A stretch of 63,949 nucleotides of DNA, counting the filler, from Octopus bimaculoides (Eukaryota), in the NCBI RefSeq assembly GCF_001194135.2. It is 9 parts of 9 records of this genome, joined end to end, with 100 filler letters (N's around TTAATTAATTAA, not from the genome) between each part and the next. Parts side by side here need not be neighbours in the genome. Positions count along the whole stretch, not along the records: positions 1 to 12,544 come from NC_069001.1; positions 12,645 to 19,102 come from NC_068990.1; 7 more parts are not named here. One strand, given 5' to 3'. The translations under genes were made by a program, and so were the position numbers. The first letter of the stretch is position 1; every line of letters begins with the position of its first letter. Of this stretch, positions 1-12,944 are shown piece by piece. Below the pieces are notes generated by a model. The model saw nothing but the letters and a program-made list of their open reading frames with translations, searched no databases and was not told the DNA's origin.

Positions 1-13
1 TATATATGTATAC

Positions 14-64
<51 letters not shown>

Positions 65-439
65 TATATATTTGTATATTTATACATATATGTATATGTG
101 TATATATAGACATACATATGTGTGTGTGTGTTGGTAGGCGTATATGTATGTCTGTATATAGTCGTCCTGATGTTACGGTTGGTTTCAGTGATGTAATAGG
201 ATATTAGTGGTGGTAGTAGTGGTGGTGGTGGTGGTGGTGGTAGTGGTTGTGGGTGGTAGAAGTAGTGTTGACGGTTGAGGTTGTGGTGAAGATGTCAGAG
301 GCGTGGCGATGACGGTAGCAATGGTAGCGGTGTTGGTGGTGGTGGTAGTTGTAATGATGTATGAGTTGATAGAGTTAGGGTATCAATGTCAACCAGCTGT
401 GACTCAACATACACACACCCACACACACACATGTATATG

Positions 440-785
440 CAAGCCATTGAATGAACTTCTGCGCAGTTGCACCATCTGCTCTTTCTACGCAGCAAGGGTC
501 TGTATCCTGCTGCAACACGTATGGCTTACCAGCAGAAACCCTCTCCGGCCAGGTTTGACCGCAGTCGACAACCGATTCACAAGGCTGTCTGAATTGAGCC
601 TAAAAGTCCCTGTTCAGAAATGTGGGTCGGCATGACGTCACCCTCAACCGAGCCACACCGAAGGGCCGTCGTAGTTTCGAGGAATTTGGTTTTCATGATC
701 TCCATGCAACATCGTACAGTTTTTACAGTGTTCATAGAACATCGAGCAGCAGTCATGATGTTGGAATTTTGAGACTCGGAGCGAA
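440..785 (-). mobile_element. Degenerate maT/mariner-type (DD..D) transposase fragment
   Basis: Frameshifted minus-strand translation gives MKTKFLETTTALRCGSVEGDVMPTH and WPERVSAGKPYVLQQDTDPC. These match the family motifs MKTKFP..VMV.GVVSSEGDVMPPH and PW...V..GRPYV.QQD.APCH. Confidence 0.75.
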
Positions 786-2230
786 TCATATATATATATA
801 GCTATATTTTTGAATAGAATTTATTTTCGATAATTTCAATTGATTTTAATCGATTTAAATTTCTTTTCTATTTGAAAATTAGTTATAAAACACGTGTAAT
901 CTTTTTATTATATTTATCTTATATTTACTTTACTTTATATTATACTCATTTATTGTGCATTTAATTATTAATTTTTCTATATGTGATAGTGGATTTTCAT
1001 CGATGAGTTCTTGAAACTTGGTTATTTTCCCTAAAACTATATATTTTATATATATATATATATNNNNNNNNNNNNNNNNNNNNNNNNNNNNNNNNNNNNN
1101 NNNNNNNNNNNNNNNNNNNNNNNNNNNNNNNNNNNNNNNNNNNNNNNNNNNNNNNNNNNNNNNNNNNNNNNNNNNNNNNNNNNNNNNNNNNNNNNNNNNN
1201 NNNNNNNNNNNNNNNNNNNNNNNNNNNNNNNNNNNNNNNNNNNNNNNNNNNNNNNNNNNNNNNNNNNNNNNNNNNNNNNNNNNNNNNNNNNNNNNNNNNN
1301 NNNNNNNNNNNNNNNNNNNNNNNNNNNNNNNNNNNNNNNNNNNNNNNNNNNNNNNNNNNNNNNNNNNNNNNNNNNNNNNNNNNNNNNNNNNNNNNNNNNN
1401 NNNNNNNNNNNNNNNNNNNNNNNNNNNNNNNNNNNNNNNNNNNNNNNNNNNNNNNNNNNNNNNNNNNNNNNNNNNNNNNNNNNNNNNNNNNNNNNNNNNN
1501 NNNNNNNNNNNNNNNNNNNNNNNNNNNNNNNNNNNNNNNNNNNNNNNNNNNNNNNNNNNNNNNNNNNNNNNNNNNNNNNNNNNNNNNNNNNNNNNNNNNN
1601 NNNNNNNNNNNNNNNNNNNNNNNNNNNNNNNNNNNNNNNNNNNNNNNNNNNNNNNNNNNNNNNNNNNNNNNNNNNNNNNNNNNNNNNNNNNNNNNNNNNN
1701 NNNNNNNNNNNNNNNNNNNNNNNATATGAGAATAGAAATATATATTTACAAGGTTAAGCTCAAGTACAATTTGAACAATTACTTAAGCATAATTTCTTGG
1801 AGACAATTTTCGCTAAAGCTATCAGTTAGACTGCAAGTTCTTCAGAACATCGCCAATAATCGAGAATAACTCTGTGTTTAATCTCACGAAAGCCATAGAC
1901 TGTAGCTCCTAAGATCCATACTTTAATCCGTACCAGCCACAGTTCAGCAGATGCTGAATTGACGCTTTTCAATCTACACCACCCACTATCGCAAAGATAT
2001 TGACCGTTTACCAGACGTTACCTAGTGTTTCGCAGATATCGACCACTTGTATGTGTGTGTGTATATAAATGTATATATATTACAAGAATTCTTATGGCTA
2101 TTCCCATAACGGTAATTTCTTTTCACATTTTCCGAAGTCCGACCGTTCCGTGACTACTTGGTGCGAAAATGTGTTTTTAAGAAACATACCTAATTTCGTC
2201 TTTGGGATGATTCACAATCTAAAGAAGGGA

Positions 2231-2331
<101 letters not shown>

Positions 2332-2499
2332 TGTGTGCGGACGCGTGTGAGTGTATCAATATATACATAGATATATACATATAAATTTATTAATACATCT
2401 GATATATATTCATAAATGTGTGTGTATGTATATATATATGTACATACACACATTTACATATGAGAGATGGAGATAGAAATCCATATATATGTATATGCA

Positions 2500-2538
<39 letters not shown>

Positions 2539-2630
2539 TATATGCATTTATGTATTATATATACATATGTATATATATCCATATATATATATGCATATCT
2601 ATATTTCTAAATCTCTCCCTCTCTCTCTCC

Positions 2631-2662
<32 letters not shown>

Positions 2663-3280
2663 GACCGCAGCCACTTGGCTGAAACACATAAATAAATAAA
2701 ATAAATAAATAAATATATATATACATGCATATATATATATATACATTTATATATATACGTATATATATATATTTATTTATTTCTATGTATATACGTACGT
2801 ATGTATATATATACATATATATGTACATATATNNNNNNNNNNNNNNNNNNNNNNNNNNNNNNNNNNNNNNNNNNNNNNNNNNNNNNNNNNNNNNNNNNNN
2901 NNNNNNNNNNNNNNNNNNNNNNNNNNNNNNNNNNNNNNNNNNNNNNNNNNNNNNNNNNNNNNNNNNNNNNNNNNNNNNNNNNNNNNNNNNNNNNNNNNNN
3001 NNNNNNNNNNNNNNNNNNNNNNNNNNNNNNNNNNNNNNNTACCCATTGATGCAAATATAGTGTTAAGTGTCACAACCTTCTGACGTCTGCCTTGTCTCCG
3101 CTGATTGATTGCATCAGGTATTTGTCTATGTGTGTGTGTATGTGCCGAGTGAGCGTGTGCCCATGTACGTATATGTGCGTGTGTATATGAATGTGTATGT
3201 GCGTATGTATATGTGTGTACGCATACGTGTATATGGTGTATGAGTATGTGTGCATATACATCTGTATATATGTACGTGAA

Positions 3281-3338
<58 letters not shown>

Positions 3339-4697
3339 CGTTTATACATATGCATCTCCTTCCCCCTTCTCTCTCTATATATATATGTATATATATGTAT
3401 GTATATACATATATATAGGTATATGTATATGTATATATATATACATATATATAAAATCATGTATGTATACATTAAAGTAATATATATCTACACATATACA
3501 CATTTATAGATTCATCCACTAACACACACACACAAACACAAGTTGTATACGCATGCCGGTAACTATGTGTATATACATATGTATCTCTCTCTCCCCCTCT
3601 CTATATATCTATCTATCTATCTATGTACGTTCCTACCAACCTACCTACCCACCAACCTACCTTTTTATCTATCTTCTGAGCCATCAACATGTCCCATCGA
3701 CTGGAAATAGCAGCCAAGAAAACTTCTTAATTAGCATCCTACTGTCATTAAAAAAAAAAGGACAAACGCTTTGGTTAATGTAGTCCCAGGTGGATTGGTT
3801 CAATTGTTTTTCACCCTAAGTCTGTTTGAAAAAGCCGTCTTGGGGCGAAACAGCAACAAGAACCGCAACACCCAATCGCTCCCCACTCATTCTCTGGCAA
3901 CAATCCACAGTAGGGGTTGAACTCAAGACCGCCACGCAATGAGCCACCCCTCCATTTTATAATACATCTTACAGTGGTGACTTGATTGTTAATTATTGTT
4001 TACAGAAACACACACACGCACAGGTACACATACAGACACACACACACACACACACACATATCTATATTCACACACAGCAACACACAAATGTACACATACA
4101 TATACACACACAGGGCCACGGTGGACGTGTACGTGTGAAATGCAAAAGTGCATCAGTGTCTAATAAGGGTAAGAGTGAGAGGACACAGATTCGTGCTTCT
4201 GTTGTGTGGCCAGATCGATCAATCAATCAATCGAGCCAACGTTTATTGATTCTGAAACAGAAAAGATTTGCTTAGCAGAAGCAACCATGCTGGACGTGCA
4301 AACGGCAAGAAGAATTACGCGAAGCAGATGCTGCTGGTGCTGCTGCTGCTGCTGACGGGTGTGTGTGTGTGTGTGTGTGTGTCTGTGTGAGTGTATGTGT
4401 GTATTTGAGTGTGTGTATGTGTTCGTGCGTCTGTGTGTTTGTGTTTGTGTGTGTGTGTGTGTGTGTGTATATGTATGTGTGTGTGTGTGTTTGTGTATGT
4501 GTTGGCTTGCTGCAGAAATGGTATAGAACGAGGTGTAACAGAAGGTTGATCGTGTCAGCATGACCATTGCCTGTTTAGATAACTCTTTCTCTTTCTCCCT
4601 CCCTCACTCACACACACACACTCTCTCTCTCTCTCTCGTTTGCTCTCCAAACACATACATATTACACACACACACACACACGTATATATGTACGTGA

Positions 4698-4770
4698 AGG
4701 TGCATGGCTTAATGGCTAGAGTATTTGGCTCCCGATCACCAGGTCGTGAGTTCGATTCCTAGCGGTGTGT
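4698..4770 (+). mobile_element. tRNA-derived SINE head (Pol III A/B boxes)
   Basis: TGGCTTAATGG (A box) and GAGTTCGATTCC (B box); no complete cloverleaf. Confidence 0.6.
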
Positions 4771-4835
4771 TTTCCTAAGCCCTGTAAAAGAAATCGAAAG
4801 TTGTGCCTCCAGCCAGGCTTCGCGCGACACCCTTT

Positions 4836-4864
4836 AAAGCCAGGAATTTTTCAACACCCACTGT
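4836..4864. mobile_element. Solo mariner terminal inverted repeat
   Basis: aaagccaggaatttttcaacacccactg followed by TA; closely matches the TIRs of the element at 48629-48850. Confidence 0.55.
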
Positions 4865-4899
4865 ATATTATATTATACATACATACATACATATAAACC

Positions 4900-4994
4900 G
4901 GCACTCCGTCGGTTACGTCGACGAGGGTTCCAGTTGAGCCGATCAACGGAACAGCCTGCTCATGAGATTAACGTGCAAATGGCTGAGTATTCCA
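4900..4994 (+). mobile_element. Dispersed repeat family D (SINE-like), 5' part
   Basis: ggcactccgtcggttacg...ggctgagtattcca; near-identical copies on the minus strand at 44127-44352 and 52138-52270. Confidence 0.8.
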
Positions 4995-5450
4995 TCCGAA
5001 TGTCCAAGATGCGGGCAGGATAAGGAAACTATCCTGCACGCTCTTGTACAGTGCACTCAACTTTCCGAGTTGACAATTTACGTAGAACACGTGTTGTCAC
5101 ACCTGGGAAGAGTACAGCTATCGGCTGAGTCTGTGATCAAGAGTGTACCCCCCCCACACCGGACTATCCAAGGAAGGTTAGGCTTGTTTTCTATGTACAG
5201 TCGCAGTAATGAAAGAGTGTGCATGGAGAACTAGAATGCAAGGGATGAAGACAGGAGCCTTCATCTCCGGCTCTGGAATGCGACAGTGCTTCAGGTATCA
5301 CCTGAAAAGCAAGATAGGGCTGGTGAGGAGGCACCTGTCGAGAAGTGTATATGAGAAAAAGATAGAAGGATGTGGTAAGGAAGTTGGGAGTGAGTGTCCC
5401 TTCTTAATCTACCCATGGTAAAAAGCAAAGTGTAGTCGTTGGACAGCAAG
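4995..5450 (+). mobile_element. 5'-truncated Tx1/L1-clade LINE, ORF2 C-terminus (zinc knuckle)
   Basis: CPRCGQDKETILHALVQC is the C-terminal CCHC motif of L1/Tx1 ORF2. It is followed in a shifted frame by MKECAWRTR...FRYHLKSKI; frameshifted. Confidence 0.75.
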
Positions 5451-5650
5451 CCCCACCAAAAAGGAAAAAAAGGCGATAATTTAAATTTTTCAAAATTACA
5501 TAAGTTATTTTTATTTGTAATTCGATATATTTTCTTAAAGAAAAAAAAAACGATTCGAAAAACTCGCTAAACATTTCTCTTAAATGTTTGTAGGGTCCTG
5601 TACCGTCCCTTCTATGTTTGATTGTATAATCATAATAATGAGAATAGCTG

Positions 5651-5709
5651 GTGATTGTCACACGCTGATGACGGGTTACTATTCAGAAACCCGGGTCCGT
5701 GTGTATCAC
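5651..5709 (+). ncRNA. Candidate minimal type I hammerhead ribozyme
   Basis: CTGATGA core 5665-5671, GAAA 5686-5689, palindromic stem III ACCCGGGT 5689-5696, GTC cleavage triplet ending at 5697, perfect stem I cacacg/cgtgtg (5659-5664/5698-5703) and outer helix gtgat/atcac. Stem II is weak. Confidence 0.5.
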
Positions 5710-5824
5710 GTAAGGCTTGAAAAGGGAACGATGATCTCCCTTCGCAAATACTAATCGGACACAGACAGTGTGTCGTTAGCTAGTTGAAGGAGGGAGACAG
5801 AGGAGGGAGTGAGAGGAGGGAGTG

Positions 5825-5863
<39 letters not shown>

Positions 5864-6498
5864 AAAACGATATATAGTTAGAAAGAAGTTATTCGATTAT
5901 CAAATATATTGCACTATAAAATTACTGTTGCTGATAATCAATATCGGCTCAAAAATTGGCTGAGACTGCGCTACGATATTACAATATTACTGATCAAAGA
6001 AGAANNNNNNNNNNNNNNNNNNNNNNNNNNNNNNNNNNNNNNNNNNNNNNNNNNNNNNNNNNNNNNNNNNNNNNNNNNNNNNNNNNNNNNNNNNNNNNNN
6101 NNNNNNNNNNNNNNNNNNNNNNNNNNNNNNNNNNNNNNNNNNNNNNNNNNNNNNNNNNNNNNNNNNNNNNNNNNNNNNNNNNNNNNNNNNNNNNNNNNNN
6201 NNNNNNNNNNNNNNNNNNNNNNNNNNNNNNNNNNNNNNNNNNNNNNNNNNNNNNNNNNNNNNNNNNNNNNNNNNNNNNNNNNNNNNNNNNNNNNNNNNNN
6301 NNNNNNNNNNNNNNNNNNNNNNNNNNNNNNNNNNNNNNNNNNNNNNNNNNNNNNNNNNNNNNNNNNNNNNNNNNNNNNNNNNNNNNNNNNNNNNNNNNNN
6401 NNNNNNNNNNNNNNNNNNNNNNNNNNNNNNNNNNNNNNNNNNNNNNNNNNNNNNNNNNNNNNNNNNNNNNNNNNNNNNNNNNNNNNNNNNNNNNNNNN

Positions 6499-6716
6499 GT
6501 ATCAGAAAACATCAAGAGAAAATATAAAGGAAATCGGAATAGAGTGCCCAACAGAACTGTTATACATGGTTTGCTTCCGTGCCATGGCCAGAATAATTAG
6601 TAAAGTGTATTAGTTGATAAGAACAGATAGCATGGTACCGTGGGCTGCAGGCTGCAAACCCACTACGCATGCAAGACTCCAGGAGTTACAACAGAACCCG
6701 AGATAAAAAGAATAAG
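6499..6716 (+). mobile_element. 3' end of an RLE-type (R4/Dong-like) non-LTR retrotransposon
   Basis: ENIKEIGIECPTELLYMVCFRAMARIISKV resembles the C-terminus after the restriction-like endonuclease (..LKEIGIE...ELLQK..LLGTARIIRKV). A 3'UTR follows and ends in a TAA/TGA repeat. The left end runs into a gap. Confidence 0.65.
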
Positions 6717-7140
6717 TAATGATGATGATGATGATGACGACGACGATGATGACGATGATGATGATGATGATAATGATAATGATGATCCCACTGTGGAAAC
6801 CTTTTGGTAGTATGGCTTCGTTACAAAAGCATTTTGACGTTATTCCATATCCCCCGTTGTTACAATGGCTGCGTTTGGCGATAATTCCTGTTGTCTTAGC
6901 AACTGCCAGTGAAGAGTTTAGGAAACCTGGTCAACGATTCTGACACTTGTTCCTGCAACAACCTTTGTCTTTGATGCTATAAACCTTTCCAAAGGAATAT
7001 TCCTGCGCTTTTATTTTGGCGCGATTTCTTTAGAATTCTCTCTTGCAAAAATCTTTTGTTTATATGGTAGGATCTACAATAGTAATGGATAGGAACATAA
7101 ATGTAAGCCATAATTTCTGTGATGGCAATGTTATCATCGT

Positions 7141-7600
<460 letters not shown>

Positions 7601-7884
7601 AATATCAACACAAAAAATAATGTACAATGTCAAGAAATAGTTATATACATAACATTTTCAGCTGATACAGGGACGGAATATGCTTGTTGGTGTGGGAGAG
7701 ACCTTTCATAGTTAAAGGGAAGTTGCTGTCATCCACTCACTTTATTTAGTAGATGTATGCATGAATATATATGTACGTATATGTGAGGATATGTGTGCGC
7801 GTATATATGTCAGTGTGTATGTGCCTGGATACAAAATGCACCTGGGAATGAATGTATATGTATGCGTATGAGTACAAATACGTA

Positions 7885-7940
<56 letters not shown>

Positions 7941-9293
7941 TGTGTGTGTGTGTGTGTGTGAACGAAAAAAATCCAGTGAAATCCGTGAAGGCAGAATCAA
8001 TGAATCTAGTGGTAATCCGGGTGGAGTGCTGGTATGTGAATGAGGAGAGGTACTGAAAGGCCGGGAAGTGGTTCAGGCAGGCAAGTCCAAAGAGTCGGAA
8101 ATTCAGTCAGGATCAAACTGGGCTCTGTTGAAGAGCATAGATTCGAAACGTAAAAGGCTTTTTTCATTTTTCTCGAGCGTCAAACTAATACACTTGCTTG
8201 TTCATACATCTGTCTTCGTCTTTCTATTTTTCTATAAATTTCAACCATATGTGTGTATGTGTGTGTGCGTGTGTGTATGGTATGGTATGTATGTATATAT
8301 GTATGTGTATGTCTGTATATAAAATAAACCACCGTATGAATAATAAATTTATATATGTAAGAATATGTGTGCATATGTGTGCGCGTGTATATACATCTGT
8401 GAATATGTGTCTGTATTTAGAATACACCTGCGTATGAATGAACATGTATGCATATGTGTGCATATGCATGCGCGTATATATATATGTGTGTGTGTGTACG
8501 TGTGTGTGCATACAAAATAAATCCGTGTATGGCTATATATGCATGTATACATAAGCGTGTACGTGCATGCGCGCACACACACACACATACGGGGCTGTAT
8601 AGGTGCGTATNNNNNNNNNNNNNNNNNNNNNNNNNNNNNNNNNNNNNNNNNNNNNNNNNNNNNNNNNNNNNNNNNNNNNNNNNNNNNNNNNNNNNNNNNN
8701 NNNNNNNNNNNNNNNNNNNNNNNNNNNNNNNNNNNNNNNNNNNNNNNNNNNNNNNNNNNNNNNNNNNNNNNNNNNNNNNNNNNNNNNNNNNNNNNNNNNN
8801 NNNNNNNNNNNNNNNNNNNNNNNNNNNNNNNNNNNNNNNNNNNNNNNNNNNNNNNNNNNNNNNNNNNNNNNNNNNNNNNNNNNNNNNNNNNNNNNNNNNN
8901 NNNNNNNNNNNNNNNNNNNNNNNNNNNNNNNNNNNNNNNNNNNNNNNNNNNNNNNNNNNNNNNNNNNNNNNNNNNNNNNNNNNNNNNNNNNNNNNNNNNN
9001 NNNNNNNNNNNNNNNNNNNNNNNNNNNNNNNNNNNNNNNNNNNNNNNNNNNNNNNNNNNNNNNNNNNNNNNNNNNNNNNNNNNNNNNNNNNNNNNNNNNN
9101 NNNNNNNNNNNNNNNNNNNNNNNNNNNNNNNNNNNNNNNNNNNNNNNNNNNNNNNNNNNNNNNNNNNNNNNNNNNNNNNNNNNNNNNNNNNNNNNNNNNN
9201 NNNNNNNNNNNNNNNNNNNNNNNNNNNNNNNNNNNNNNNNNNNNNNNNNNNNNNNNNNNNNNNNNNNNNNNNNNNNNNNNNNNNNNNNNNNNN

Positions 9294-9743
9294 GGTGGTG
9301 GTGATGGTGGTGACGACAATGATGATGATGATGATGGTGATAATGATGATGATGATGGTGGTGGTGGCGATTATGATGATGCTGGTGATGATGCTGGTGG
9401 CGGCGGTAGTGGTGATGGTAATGAAAGTAGTGGCGATGGTGGTTGTGACGGTCCTGGAGCAGGTGGTGGTGGTGGTGTGATGTGGAATGGCGGTGGTGAA
9501 GTCATTGTCGAGGTAGTTGTGATGGTGGTGGGGATATTGAGGTTGATGATGGTGATGATGATAGTGGTAGTGGTGGTGGTGGTGGTGGTGGTGGTGGTGG
9601 GTGGTACGATTGTAGGAGCGGTGATAATGTGTGATAATTCAGGTAGTAATGATGGAGTGGCTGTAATGGTGGTGGTGGTGCAGTAGAGAGAGGGAGAGAG
9701 AGAGAGAGAAAAAGAGGAGAATAAGAGAGAGTGAGAGAGATAG

Positions 9744-9796
<53 letters not shown>

Positions 9797-9797
9797 N
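9294..9797. repeat. GGT/GAT trinucleotide low-complexity tract followed by (GA)n
   Basis: Degenerate triplet repeats between two gaps. Confidence 0.9.
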
Positions 9798-10766
9798 NNN
9801 NNNNNNNNNNNNNNNNNNNNNNNNNNNNNNNNNNNNNNNNNNNNNNNNNNNNNNNNNNNNNNNNNNNNNNNNNNNNNNNNNNNNNNNNNNNNNNNNNNNN
9901 NNNNNNNNNNNNNNNNNNNNNNNNNNNNNNNNNNNNNNNNNNNNNNNNNNNNNNNNNNNNNNNNNNNNNNNNNNNNNNNNNNNNNNNNNNNNNNNNNNNN
10001 NNNNNNNNNNNNNNNNNNNNNNNNNNNNNNNNNNNNNNNNNNNNNNNNNNNNNNNNNNNNNNNNNNNNNNNNNNNNNNNNNNNNNNNNNNNNNNNNNNNN
10101 NNNNNNNNNNNNNNNNNNNNNNNNNNNNNNNNNNNNNNNNNNNNNNNNNNNNNNNNNNNNNNNNNNNNNNNNNNNNNNNNNNNNNNNNNNNNNNNNNNNN
10201 NNNNNNNNNNNNNNNNNNNNNNNNNNNNNNNNNNNNNNNNNNNNNNNNNNNNNNNNNNNNNNNNNNNNNNNNNNNNNNNNNNNNNNNNNNNNNNNNNNNN
10301 NNNNNNNNNNNNNNNNNNNNNNNNNNNNNNNNNNNNNNNNNNNNNNNNNNNNNNNNNNNNNNNNNNNNNNNNNNNNNNNNNNNNNNNNNNNNNNNNNNNN
10401 NNNNNNNNNNNNNNNNNNNNNNNNNNNNNNNNNNNNNNNNNNNNNNNNNNNNNNNNNNNNNNNNNNNNNNNNNNNNNNNNNNNNNNNNNNNNNNNNNNNN
10501 NNNNNNNNNNNNNNNNNNNNNNNNNNNNNNNNNNNNNNNNNNNNNNNNNNNNNNNNNNNNNNNNNNNNNNNNNNNNNNNNNNNNNNNNNNNNNNNNNNNN
10601 NNNNNNNNNNNNNNNNNNNNNNNNNNNNNNNNNNNNNNNNNNNNNNNNNNNNNNNNNNNNNNNNNNNNNNNNNNNNNNNNNNNNNNNNNNNNNNNNNNNN
10701 NNNNNNNNNNNNNNNNNNNNNNNNNNNNNNNNNNNNNNNNNNNNNNNNNNNNCACACAACATACAC

Positions 10767-10800
<34 letters not shown>

Positions 10801-10824
10801 GCATACATATATTTATACAATATC

Positions 10825-10985
10825 GAACACATACACAAGGCATGTGTTTTGCTAGTTCGTCGGTAGGCTACGCTTATAGGCGTAAGAAAATATATTCTCA
10901 TCAATTCGCTCGGTATATTCTCTTACGCCTAGAAGCGCAGCCCGCCCACGAACAAGCAAAACACATAGCTTGTGTATGTGTGTTC
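10825..10985. repeat. ~160-bp imperfect palindrome (foldback, possible MITE)
   Basis: Core arms 10843-10894 and 10914-10965 are 52 bp with 7 mismatches around a 19-nt loop; pairing extends to gaacac...gtgttc. Confidence 0.85.
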
Positions 10986-11669
10986 TACATTGTTTATATC
11001 CCTACATATGTACGTACATGCACACATACATACATACGTACGTACGTACGTAATACACACATACGTACGTACATACATACATACGTACGTAATACAAACG
11101 TAATACATACATATCTGTATGTGCATGTGCGTGCGGCTGTGTATGTTTCAACTTATTTCGTAACAATGATCGCCAAAACCATTCACACAGAATTACACGT
11201 AAATTCATAAGAGTGAAATATGAATTAATGCGTATATATATATATGTGTGTGTGTATGTGTGTGTGTGTGTGCATGTACGTATGTCTGCATGTACGCTTG
11301 TGGGTGCTTGTGCATGTGTGCGTGTGTGTGGGTGCTGCACACTCTCCGTAACACCTGTGCAAACACGGCATCGCATTCGTTGGCTATGCAACTCTGCATA
11401 TACACGCAACAATAGGAGCAGGAAACACCTCAGGGGAGTCTTCTGCATAGTAAATACACGGTAGAGTTTCACACTTATCATAGACTGAAGTGAAAAAATA
11501 AAAACCCAAAAATCTTTGATTAACTGACATTATCTCTGTAATTAGAAGGCAAAACCTTCCTCTAGGGATATTTAAAATCTCTCTTTCCTGTAATTGTACT
11601 GCTTTCATACAGGGCTATTATACTCGAAATATCAGAACAAATTAAATATGTCTAATATCTTTGTTATTC

Positions 11670-11756
<87 letters not shown>

Positions 11757-12644
11757 CATGCATGCATTGCATCCAAACGCAAGCACTTATAAGTATGCAT
11801 ATATTGATATTCCTATTTAACGTTCAATCAACGATGATGTAGCCTTGTTTCGCATCGTCCATACTGCTTTGAGCAAACTACAACACGATACGTAGACGCA
11901 TGCATACCTGCATACATACATACATACATATATGCATACATACATATATGCATACATACATATATGCATGCATACATACATGCATACATATATATATATG
12001 CATGCATACATACATGTTTACGTACACATACATCCACACATACATGGATGAAGGCATGTATACTTACTTACATAAACACATACCTACAAACATACATAGC
12101 TACATACAAACATACATATATGCATGCATACATACACACACATGCATGCATACATACACACATACATGCATGAAGGCATGTAAACATACATACGCGCATA
12201 CATACATATACACATACATACATGTATGCACACATACATGCATACACACATGCATACATACATGTATGCATACATACATGCATACACACATGCGCTCGCA
12301 CACACATACATCCACGCATACATACATACTCATGTGTGTCGGTTTGTATGTGTATACATGTGTATAAGTGCACGAAATGTCTTGTTATATTCTGAAGGAA
12401 ACAACCTCTGAATGATTTTTTACAATAAATATCTCGTTTGTATATTGGCTCTACAGGGAAATCATCCATTTTCGGTTACAGTCGACACACATCAGGCCCA
12501 CAATACACTATTGAGCTGCTTCTGGTGTGCTCTAAGATATATATNNNNNNNNNNNNNNNNNNNNNNNNNNNNNNNNNNNNNNNNNNNNTTAATTAATTAA
12601 NNNNNNNNNNNNNNNNNNNNNNNNNNNNNNNNNNNNNNNNNNNN

Positions 12645-12865
12645 GGTTGTGGTATGACGTCAGTGTCTGGGGAGGCTGACCGGAAGGGCGAGTCGACCGG
12701 AAGGGGAAAAGGGCAGAGGGAGCCTCGATCGGCATTCGTGCCCTTTTCGAACGGGGCTGCGGTCAGGACAAGACGTGTTAAGCGACGGTCTAGGTTTGGG
12801 AGAAGCAGCTACTATTCCTGGTGTACTTTGGGTCGGGGCAAGCTTCAAGGATCGGATACCGCAAG
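12645..12865 (+). promoter_or_regulatory. CpG-rich promoter-like island
   Basis: GC- and CpG-rich against an AT-rich background; CRE palindrome TGACGTCA 12655-12662; two ETS-like CCGGAAG at 12680 and 12697. Could alternatively be a transposon terminus. Confidence 0.4.
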
Positions 12866-12897
12866 ATGGACTCGCAGTCGAGGAAAGGAAAACCGAG
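12866..12897 (+). CDS. Candidate first coding exon, MDSQSRKGKP(R/S), phase 2
   Basis: gcaagATGg start context and strong donor AG|GTAAGG at 12897/12898; no compatible downstream exon identified. Confidence 0.3.
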
Positions 12898-12944
12898 GTA
12901 AGGCGATTACATCTACTCGTACGCACACACCACACTGGTATTAT

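Noticed and set aside
4308-4360. [11 protein letters not shown] signal-peptide-like stretch
   Set aside because: Produced by a (CTG)n repeat running into (GT)n; weak start context and donor.
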